From positions 62,001 through 126,000 of the IMG/VR virus record IMGVR_UViG_3300018004_000004: 64,000 nucleotides of DNA; one strand, given 5' to 3'. Below, piece by piece: positions 53,301-60,017 of the stretch. Below the pieces are notes generated by a model. It searched no databases and had not been told where the DNA came from. It was given only the letters and a program-made list of their open reading frames with translations. Both the position numbers and the translations under genes were made by a program. Each line of letters begins with the position of its first letter. Position 1 is the stretch's first letter.

Positions 53301-55233
53301 GATATGCAGGCAGCACACGCTTGAGCATCAGCGCATTGAGCATTCCGCCTTCGCCGGCGAACGGAATGTGGAACAGTTTGTTGTATGAGCCCTTAGGCAG
53401 ACCCATACCGATATCAGACAACAGACGGAGTGGGCGCTCAGCAGCTTCGAATGCTACACGTTGACCTGTTCTGTAGGCCGATTCGATACCACCCACGAGT
53501 CCAGGCTGACGACCGTAGAGAGGTTCGAAGAACTGGAACTCTCCACCAATCTGTCTCTTGAAAGCCTGTCCCTTTGTGAGGGGAGTTCCTGGTCTCTGGC
53601 TGGCGCGGAGATTCTGGAACATCTCCCACATCTCAGCAAGAGGACCTTTGTCAGTCAGTGTACGAGGGAATACCTGTTCGCGGAGCTTGGCGCCAAAGGC
53701 AGCCGATGATCCTGTCAGCCGGCCGCGTTCGGCAAAGCGAATAGCTTCACCGCGGCCGCCAACCAAACTCAGATACGGAGAGGAAGCTGAGGTTCGAGTG
53801 AACCTCATTCCTGTCTTAGCAAAGCGTTCATCCAGGGCGCTGACACCAATCAGGCGCTCGATGTGCTTACCCATCTCGGTAAGCTCAGAACCGCGTATCA
53901 GTTGTTCGGCCGCAAAGGAAACTTCCTCTGGCAGATAACTGGACATGCGCTGAGACAGACCGAAGGTACGGAAGAGGCCGCCAGGCGAACGCGCTTCTAC
54001 CGTCTTCATGAACTGATAGACGCCCTCAGCATAGCCAGACCAGTTCTTAAGAGCAAACTTATGTGCTCCTACAACTGCGGCGCCACCAGCCAACCAGGCA
54101 GCTACCTTCAGAGTATTGCGATCGTCCTGTCCATCCCAACCGGATCCAAAATCAGTCAAGGCATGACGGCTCTCAGCAGCCAGACCTGTACCACTCAAAC
54201 CGGTGATCTGAGTCTGACGATCGCTTCTCTTGCTGCTTGCGATAGCCCACGCTGCGGTTGCCGCGGCAGCAAAGACCAGGGCAACAGAGATACCCTTTCC
54301 TATGGCACTGACTTTGTTAGGCAGGACCTTGGCACCACGCTCAGCCTGAGCAGCTACCTTCTCAGCCCAGGGGCTGGCATAGATCTTGGAGAAGAACGTC
54401 TCGGCAGTCTCACCTGGGGGCAAGAGTTGTGCAGAGCCCAGAGCTTCTTCCCAACTGTGCCCACGCTGTAGGTTTCTCTTGGCTGTGCGCAGGCGCTCAA
54501 AGAGGGTCTGCTCGACCTTGACGTCAGTCACAGCCTCATGATAGCCGGCAGCTCCAGCCAGCTTGGGACCCATGAGTCTTTCAAGTCCGCCGGCCGCACC
54601 AGCAATATTCTCAACCTTCCAGCCAGGAACCCACTGCATCTCCTCTACGTTACGCGCCAGCATACCTGGGCCGGTAGTCTTGGAGATAGGAGTGGATGGG
54701 CCCATGCGCAGGTGACGTTCTGCGAAAGCTGGGTTGTCTTGTCCGTAACCCAGCGCCAGTTCAAAGAATGACTGCTCCAAGCCGAATACCTTTACTCCCT
54801 TGCGCTTGAAGAAGTCCTTGTATCCAGCGAGGCTGGGATAACGGCCGGCGATCTCAGTGAGCACACCAGTATCGTACTTGACATTCCAGCCAGTCAGTAG
54901 GAAACGCTTCTTACGAGAGAGTTCTTCTTCGGCCGAGGCAAAGAAGCGTCGAGCTGCTTCTTCTTCACCGACCTGACCAAGCTTCATAGCCTGAGAAAGA
55001 ACTTGCTCGCCTTTCGCATAGTTGTACGCAAACGGGATATGAATCCCGCTCACAGGATCGGTATATCCAGTGCGAGGCTTTACTAATGTGGTGGGATGAA
55101 ACGGGGATGCTACGTAAGGAGGGAGTTTTGAAGCGAAGATCTGGAGCAGGCCTGTGTTCTTATGTCCAGCGGACAGGCCTGTAGTCTCGACGTCGAGAAC
55201 ATGAAAGAAATGCTTTTGATGCCAGGTTGCCAT
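50308..55233 (-). CDS. tape-measure-like protein with N-terminal DEDDh 3'-5' exonuclease and a degenerate SNase-like domain
   Basis: LDVETTGL, GWNVKYD, YHEAVTDV; several Gly/Ala hydrophobic segments; RAVIFIDDVNINKEIIDRGLG. Confidence 0.78.
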   Translation of the reverse strand: MATWHQKHFFHVLDVETTGLSAGHKNTGLLQIFASKLPPYVASPFHPTTLVKPRTGYTDPVSGIHIPFAYNYAKGEQVLSQAMKLGQVGEEEAARRFFASAEEELSRKKRFLLTGWNVKYDTGVLTEIAGRYPSLAGYKDFFKRKGVKVFGLEQSFFELALGYGQDNPAFAERHLRMGPSTPISKTTGPGMLARNVEEMQWVPGWKVENIAGAAGGLERLMGPKLAGAAGYHEAVTDVKVEQTLFERLRTAKRNLQRGHSWEEALGSAQLLPPGETAETFFSKIYASPWAEKVAAQAERGAKVLPNKVSAIGKGISVALVFAAAATAAWAIASSKRSDRQTQITGLSGTGLAAESRHALTDFGSGWDGQDDRNTLKVAAWLAGGAAVVGAHKFALKNWSGYAEGVYQFMKTVEARSPGGLFRTFGLSQRMSSYLPEEVSFAAEQLIRGSELTEMGKHIERLIGVSALDERFAKTGMRFTRTSASSPYLSLVGGRGEAIRFAERGRLTGSSAAFGAKLREQVFPRTLTDKGPLAEMWEMFQNLRASQRPGTPLTKGQAFKRQIGGEFQFFEPLYGRQPGLVGGIESAYRTGQRVAFEAAERPLRLLSDIGMGLPKGSYNKLFHIPFAGEGGMLNALMLKRVLPAYLAITAARYINYQLGNKPAETLAEVPLKAHLAWARATDAIPGLRAITDKYEEIVPGPQYGPLALPIGAGAIGAGIHWVNIARGAQEFPVHAARVAASHKAFWKGAGIGALLALPFVPGMLGSRKTEDELQRIYSGEEEVPIRAGRWWDVGSTPFSGGRIKYFRPHWYQLMKTKAEMVSTYGSEDAYWEHHPLLHPFKYIKDPYWLERANYASRPYPITSPAFSNVPLIGPLLAATVGRIVKPTQRMHQGEWDINNYTLYSPRLEPNMALGGLAPSRPREEFGFKDVVGREALAFAEYTGLPGFIATTLYGKAGTPGAGTPGQDVVLQGSRQMTNLSRQYYQRELGAVSGFNPSGTGGMPFGYSEPLRRFIQPDKLAPQANEIPNTMPRWLPGEDYMINFRTGDPFAKIPEGGARLPGRGYAALHPELRGLKAEEYPDIYRYKILADVAPWSKEYMIYRSKVRAAAQRDARLEIEFARTEDQVRQMKESTIQFGQRRFTASIEQIQGTITKATPEGIELEQYPGRKFIFSSLGMSASDLSATTLGEENELTRSQSAKAVTEKQASLDDYLSSQVGMQATLVVPKGTEEHAAESRAVIFIDDVNINKEIIDRGLGQFRKDYGGAEAQAMYSSTQVALGKYAETLAFTGEGGPLRFVPTPFHTKYWNERTALSLYQEQEVYGARMRRWQKPFHDMIAAWARGTYRRFTGGVLVPEEVEHRRLMDSLVDELEYLRADVQAGAHPGQKGRYTSQGKRTNIGANLFGNPQFVSQTLPRREKLYFPAFLQETDPDKRQQILESVSPELARALTAQWVKTDAMLARLAGKIIPAIEEGGVLYTEEGLKEYEQAKTDLSYADYIRSKQIAETFGKLGFDIPGPGSPLWEQGIDYEDVKLKIIQNEGYDYHDFNIYDDRAALLWRKPYIDGAVRELVSSGSQPTERIRQTVERIILEGQDKNPQVVSSGGPNRVAGSNVSISVDEQGDKEVMRDIRRNEDEYREESTS

Positions 55234-55238
55234 GCATA

Positions 55239-55559
55239 TTACACACTGAAGCTCTTACCACAGCCACACTGGCTGCGCACATGTGGATTAGTAAACCTAA
55301 ATCCAGATGCGTCTAGGCCTTCGATGTAGTCTACAGATACATCCTCAAGATACATCAAGCTCATTGGGTCCACGACTACTTTCACGGGACCAAACTCAAA
55401 CAGTTCCCAGTCCGGCTCGTATTCATCAACGAGACCGATAGAGTATTCGAATCCGGAGCAGCCGCCACCTTTCACACCAAGGCGGACGAACGGCCGATCT
55501 GGGTTATCTTTGAGGACGCTGACGAGCTTGTCCTGGGCGGCGATTGAAAGCTGGATCAT
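55239..55559 (-). CDS. iscA: A-type Fe-S cluster carrier protein (IscA/SufA/ErpA, HesB family)
   Basis: RLGVKGGGCSGFEY, VVDPMSLMYL, GFRFTNP...CGCGKSF. Confidence 0.95.
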   Translation of the reverse strand: MIQLSIAAQDKLVSVLKDNPDRPFVRLGVKGGGCSGFEYSIGLVDEYEPDWELFEFGPVKVVVDPMSLMYLEDVSVDYIEGLDASGFRFTNPHVRSQCGCGKSFSV

Positions 55560-56070
55560 TCCTTCTCTCCAATGCTATTTGCTGCGCATCTGTGAGCTGC
55601 TTTTTCTTTCGTTGTAACTTGCTCTTAGAATCCTTGACAGACTTAGGATCCATCGGGTTGAGTGGCACGCCCGACACAAACTCAGCTTGGGCCAAGCGAG
55701 TAAGGAGTGTTTCCGAATCCCAGCCATCCATCACCTCGAAGGGGATCTTGAATACAGATGCTATGAAGGCCTGTGCGCACAACAGATAAGAGTCTGTTAC
55801 CTTCTTGCGCGCGTTCTCCAGCGGTAGAGACAGCGTCTGGAAAGATCCAGAGAACGGGCTCTTCTCAAGCTGGTCCTTGTAAATCCACATCATGATCCCG
55901 GCCGGAATCTCTTCCGGCCGCGGACCGTGGACGACACACAACTTATAGACGTGTAGGGCTACTTCAGCGGGAGGCCCTTGACGAGAACGGGCATCTCGGT
56001 ACTCTCCCCAAGTAAGATCACGCCAGACTACACGTGTCCCACTGGGCCAAGTGGCGGCCCTAGTTGTCAT
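55504..56070 (-). CDS. putative tail assembly chaperone
   Basis: Between the tube genes and the tape-measure locus; WRDLTWGEY motif. Confidence 0.6.
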   Translation of the reverse strand: MTTRAATWPSGTRVVWRDLTWGEYRDARSRQGPPAEVALHVYKLCVVHGPRPEEIPAGIMMWIYKDQLEKSPFSGSFQTLSLPLENARKKVTDSYLLCAQAFIASVFKIPFEVMDGWDSETLLTRLAQAEFVSGVPLNPMDPKSVKDSKSKLQRKKKQLTDAQQIALERRNDPAFNRRPGQARQRPQR

Positions 56071-56073
56071 AGA

Positions 56074-56553
56074 TTACAGCTCGGCTGAAAGGAACTCGAT
56101 CTGCTGTGGATCCATGAAATCCGACAGCTTCGTTACCTTCGTGAAGAGGGTGGCCGGGAGGCCAGCAGTGCCATTGCGCAACCGAACGTCGGTCAGCTTA
56201 CCATTCTCGCCGGCATTGGTCCAGACAACAGCCTTGATAACGGCGTGGAGTTGCATTTCGAGTTCAGCATCCGCCACTGGAGTTGCCATGTTTTGGATCT
56301 GCTTTTGGATTGTGGTCAGCTCTAGACCGGTCAGTCCGCGGACAATGTAAGCACGCTTACCGTCGGGAGTAAAGAGTTCGAGTCTGTTGTTAGGGGCTTG
56401 CTGCTTCCATGCAGCAATCTGATCCTTCGTCGGAGCCCCAGGCAGGGATGCTAGGAACTCGTGTGGATCCATATTGGAACGGTCTACAGGCTTGGTTTCG
56501 CCTGGAGTACCAGTACCTTGTACTTCTACTTCTGCTTCCGGATTGTGTGTCAT
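56074..56553 (-). CDS. putative tail assembly chaperone
   Basis: AGGAG RBS; IAAWKQQ...YIVRGLT..E...AGLPATL...V..LSDF; operon position. Confidence 0.65.
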   Translation of the reverse strand: MTHNPEAEVEVQGTGTPGETKPVDRSNMDPHEFLASLPGAPTKDQIAAWKQQAPNNRLELFTPDGKRAYIVRGLTGLELTTIQKQIQNMATPVADAELEMQLHAVIKAVVWTNAGENGKLTDVRLRNGTAGLPATLFTKVTKLSDFMDPQQIEFLSAEL

Positions 56554-56574
56554 TCTAGATTCTCCTGATGATCT

Positions 56575-56583
56575 ATTATAACA
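56575..56583 (-). promoter_or_regulatory. extended -10 element TGTTATAAT
   Basis: Intergenic, upstream of the chaperone/IscA/tape-measure genes. Confidence 0.55.
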
Positions 56584-56742
56584 TTACTTCTTCTTGCGAG
56601 AACGCTTCTTGAAGAACTCTACTTGGCCAAGCCGAACATGGGCCTGGTGCTTGGACTTACTGCAACCAAGATTCTTGCCTTTCTCAGAGAGAACGCAGTA
56701 CTTACTGCCCCTCTTCCGTATCACATCTTCCATGGTTTCCAT
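56584..56742 (-). CDS. small basic protein (52 aa), absent from the ORF track
   Basis: (METMED)VIRKRGSKYCVLSEKGKNLGCSKSKHQAHVRLGQVEFFKKRSRKKK*. Confidence 0.7.
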   Translation of the reverse strand: METMEDVIRKRGSKYCVLSEKGKNLGCSKSKHQAHVRLGQVEFFKKRSRKKK

Positions 56743-56824
56743 AGACTCGCTTGACCTCTCTGTACATTCCGCGGGCCACTACAATAACCGCCACAACGCA
56801 GAATATGATGTTACCCCAATGCAT
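56702..56824 (-). CDS. small membrane peptide (40 aa)
   Basis: TAATG-coupled; MHWGNIIFCVVAVIVVARGMYREVKR. Confidence 0.55.
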   Translation of the reverse strand: MHWGNIIFCVVAVIVVARGMYREVKRVYGNHGRCDTEEGQ

Positions 56825-58158
56825 TATCTGAGTCTCCGCGCGATGAACCCATAGGAATCCAGAATGGTCTGGCCATCCTGGGCCATCACTTGATCATTCG
56901 AAATCAGCTTGCACTTCTCCAGGTAGCGAATACGCTTCACTCCTGTAATCTCATTACCCAGCTCGATACGGATGTCAAACAGAACATCCTGGTAGACAGC
57001 ATTGTCGAACCCAATCACACTAGAGAACGTAGTATTCTGCTGCGTGATGTTGGTTGCCAGTGTCTGCATCTGCTCCGGAGTCAGGCCAGCTCGTAGAGTG
57101 TTGATTTGAATCTGCAGATTGGCAGCCTGCTTGGCCGACCCTGTATCGTTCGGGTTGTTGTTTGCCTGCTGATTAAGATTATCACGAGCAGCCATGAGTC
57201 CCAAAATACGTGTGATGGTTGCTGCAGCCGGGCTATTCACCAAAGCCTGGGTGTTTTGGGTGTTCTGGATGAATCTCTGGTACTCCTGCATGACGGTATA
57301 TAGATAGCCTTCCGTCACGAAGTTGATAGTGAACTGACCTTGAACCAGGGATCTACCCTGGGCGTAGGCATCCACATAGCGGCTGGCATAGCCATAGATA
57401 GGAACCGCGTTATCCTGGAGAGCGTACTGGACGGAGTTCAACTCATCGATGAAGATATTCCCAATATACATGCGCGCGCCGGTGACCGTGAAGTACTTAT
57501 CATACTCCGAGTTGGGATAGGTATACTCAGACGGCGCCGGAGGAACAGTGGAGGTACTGCTTACGATGCTGGAAGGCGAAGATGTACTCTGGGAAGAGTC
57601 AGTCGGGTTACCGGTCTGTTGACCGTTATTGGCATCAGCCAGCTGAACCAAGGTAATCACATACGGATCAGTCTGGGTGGTAACTACCAGAGACTGACTG
57701 TAGGGCGAATAGCCTTGTAGCGTGGCGGCAAGGGTGTATGTACCAAGCGGAATGGGATTCAGAGTGGTAGAGGTACCTGAGTTGTCGGTTACACCATTGT
57801 CGGTGGCCGGCCCTGAAATGCCCCACGCAATACCAGGCACGGCAGGCTTGAATGAGAGAGTGATATTGGTCGTCGGCTGGGCACTAGGCGACAACGAAAC
57901 CTGTACCGACTGAGAGACTGTTGTGTTAACTGAAAGCAGCTGGCTAAGAGCTTGATATCCAGTAGCCTTTACCTGCATCTGAGCCTGGATAGGATTCAAC
58001 AATACTCGGAACGATACACGCCCATTCGAATCAGTCACCACCGAGAACTGTGTTGGATCGAAGTTCGCCGATCCATTGATAAACACCTGTGCCCCAGAGA
58101 TAGGAGCATTAGTTGCCCCATCGATAACGGTTAGTACTATTGGGCTGTAAGTAGCCAT
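56824..58158 (-). CDS. tail-tube-family paralogue with N-terminal carboxypeptidase-regulatory-like/PEGA domains
   Basis: VIDGATNAPISGAQV, GTYTLAATLQGY; then PIYGYAS...AQGRSLVQGQFTINF and YGFIAR. Confidence 0.75.
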   Translation of the reverse strand: MATYSPIVLTVIDGATNAPISGAQVFINGSANFDPTQFSVVTDSNGRVSFRVLLNPIQAQMQVKATGYQALSQLLSVNTTVSQSVQVSLSPSAQPTTNITLSFKPAVPGIAWGISGPATDNGVTDNSGTSTTLNPIPLGTYTLAATLQGYSPYSQSLVVTTQTDPYVITLVQLADANNGQQTGNPTDSSQSTSSPSSIVSSTSTVPPAPSEYTYPNSEYDKYFTVTGARMYIGNIFIDELNSVQYALQDNAVPIYGYASRYVDAYAQGRSLVQGQFTINFVTEGYLYTVMQEYQRFIQNTQNTQALVNSPAAATITRILGLMAARDNLNQQANNNPNDTGSAKQAANLQIQINTLRAGLTPEQMQTLATNITQQNTTFSSVIGFDNAVYQDVLFDIRIELGNEITGVKRIRYLEKCKLISNDQVMAQDGQTILDSYGFIARRLR

Positions 58159-59138
58159 TAGGCTGCCACACTCGAGGAGAAGATATTCGAAGGAGGAATA
58201 GCGAACTGCTGTTTGTTGTTCATGACTGCTTCAACAGTATTCTCTGGCGCCACACTCTGACCGGCATTGGTTGGATTGAATAGAGCACTGGCTTCAAAGT
58301 TCAACAGAGGTGTAAAGTCGGAGGCCATATAGCTGACAGTCTGTTCAGCCAGCATGTCATTAGTAGAGTATACCACACCATCGGTCACGAAATCCACGCC
58401 GAGGACACGACGATAGCTGGCATTGCCATACTCATCTGTGAAGAGCATGGTCATGTTGAATGGAGGGAGCTGATCGACCTTGATGTAGAAAGTATCCTTG
58501 GATAGGTCATGGGCTGATAGCTGGTTAGCCATCAAGAATCTGTACAGAACATCGACGGTGAACTGAGTGAGCACCATAGTACCAGCTATGGTACGACGGC
58601 CGCGAGCGAAGCCCTTTGGATTGATGTAGCCGGCCGCGCGCACAGCAGCCTTCTCTCTGTGAATCGAGACAGTGAAAGTAGTACATTCAATCAACTGCTT
58701 CTGGTTCTTGCGGACCGAACTGACTGTATCTGTATTGACCAGATCCACTATGATCTTCAGGTCCGTGCCTGTGTAGGTCGAGAAATCATTCTGTAGGCCC
58801 ACAGTGAGTGTTCCGTCTGGATTGTAGATGGAGAGACCTGTGCCTCCATTAGGATTGGCAACCAAGTCATTTAGACTATACGGAACTGTACCAGTCCCTA
58901 TTGGAATACCAATCGATGTCGCAAACGGATTACCTACAGTGGGGATCGATCCACCTGTTTGGTTGGTGATATCGCTTACGGAAGGTATCGCATTACCCTG
59001 AATCGTTGTAGGAGTGGAATCGTACGGGCCTGGTTGTTTCTCAGTAATAGGAAACAGACCAGACGAAAGAAGAGACGTCTGGTCGCCGTTAACTGGAGAA
59101 AAACCAACTGTAACTACACTGAGGGAGGGAATGGACAT
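58158..59138 (-). CDS. tail-tube-family paralogue
   Basis: SIHREKAAVRAAG..NPKGFARGRRTIAGTMV and DQLPPFNMT match 59229-59927. Confidence 0.78.
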   Translation of the reverse strand: MSIPSLSVVTVGFSPVNGDQTSLLSSGLFPITEKQPGPYDSTPTTIQGNAIPSVSDITNQTGGSIPTVGNPFATSIGIPIGTGTVPYSLNDLVANPNGGTGLSIYNPDGTLTVGLQNDFSTYTGTDLKIIVDLVNTDTVSSVRKNQKQLIECTTFTVSIHREKAAVRAAGYINPKGFARGRRTIAGTMVLTQFTVDVLYRFLMANQLSAHDLSKDTFYIKVDQLPPFNMTMLFTDEYGNASYRRVLGVDFVTDGVVYSTNDMLAEQTVSYMASDFTPLLNFEASALFNPTNAGQSVAPENTVEAVMNNKQQFAIPPSNIFSSSVAA

Positions 59139-59156
59139 AGGAGGGAGGGATCAAGC

Positions 59157-59190
59157 AAAAAGGGCTGCCACTGAGTTCAGCAGCAGCCCC
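59157..59190 (-). terminator. intrinsic terminator after the major tube gene
   Basis: On the - strand GGGGCTGCTGCTG-AACT-CAGTGGCAGCCC-TTTTT. Confidence 0.85.
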
Positions 59191-59228
59191 TGGATAGAGC
59201 ACTAGCTTCGAAAGAGACTTCTTAAAGA

Positions 59229-59927
59229 TTAGCTGCCACCTTCACCAGAAAGATTCGGGAAGGCAGTTACCACAGCAGACCAAGGTTCAACGAGACGAGC
59301 AACCCATGTTGCCTGCATCTCGGTCACCGCGTCATCGATGCTGACTCCCATACCTTCATTTAGGATCTCAACACCGAAGATCTTCATCGTAGTGGCGGCT
59401 CCGATTTCATTCGTACCGGCCAGAGTGATGTCAAAGGGAAGGATTTGATCCGAGTACCATGGTACAGCTTCCTGCTTGAAGCCCGAGACCGCGTTGACCG
59501 GCACTTCGGCCGAATCAACAGTCGTCGGGAGCGGGATGGGGACTGCACGTGTCAGAGACGAGGAGAAGATCGCTGTCTGCGAGAGCTGCTGTTGGGCAGC
59601 TGGGTTGTATTCCGGACGAACGTCATCGATGTTGGCTACGAATACACCAGATGCTTCATAGATGATGTTCAACAGAGCATGACGATCGAAGTTGATCCAG
59701 ACCAAGGAGCCAGCAACGCCGCGCTTGTTACGGCTAAAGGCACGAGGGTCGGGAGATCCCATCGTGTAGATAGGCGCCTTCTCGCGAGTAACGCTGTAGC
59801 TGATCGCCTGGATCTCGGCGAACGGGATGTTGCCGATCTGGGCACGGATGTCCGAGCCTGAGAACGAGTTGTAGGAACGAGCGATTTCGCTTTCGAGCGA
59901 GTTACCGCCATTTGTATTAATAGCCAT
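59229..59927 (-). CDS. tail tube protein
   Basis: Directly after the sheath and followed by a terminator; SFSGSDI, ISYSVTREKAPIYTMG, DQILPFDIT, GVEILNEG.G.SIDD. Confidence 0.82.
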   Translation of the reverse strand: MAINTNGGNSLESEIARSYNSFSGSDIRAQIGNIPFAEIQAISYSVTREKAPIYTMGSPDPRAFSRNKRGVAGSLVWINFDRHALLNIIYEASGVFVANIDDVRPEYNPAAQQQLSQTAIFSSSLTRAVPIPLPTTVDSAEVPVNAVSGFKQEAVPWYSDQILPFDITLAGTNEIGAATTMKIFGVEILNEGMGVSIDDAVTEMQATWVARLVEPWSAVVTAFPNLSGEGGS

Positions 59928-59972
59928 TTGTTTATGACTCCTGGGAGGAGATACTACTGAGGAAGTTTACCC

Positions 59973-59997
59973 GGGGCCAACCACGAGAGTCAGCCCC
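59973..59997 (-). other. hairpin between the sheath and tube genes
   Basis: GGGGCTGAC/GTTGGCCCC on the - strand. Confidence 0.45.
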
Positions 59998-60017
59998 AGA
60001 TTAAACCGTTGATACTA

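Noticed and set aside
55504-56553. Programmed -1 frameshift between the tail chaperone genes
   Set aside because: No X XXY YYZ slippery site near the end of 56074-56553, and the second gene has its own ATG 3 nt downstream.
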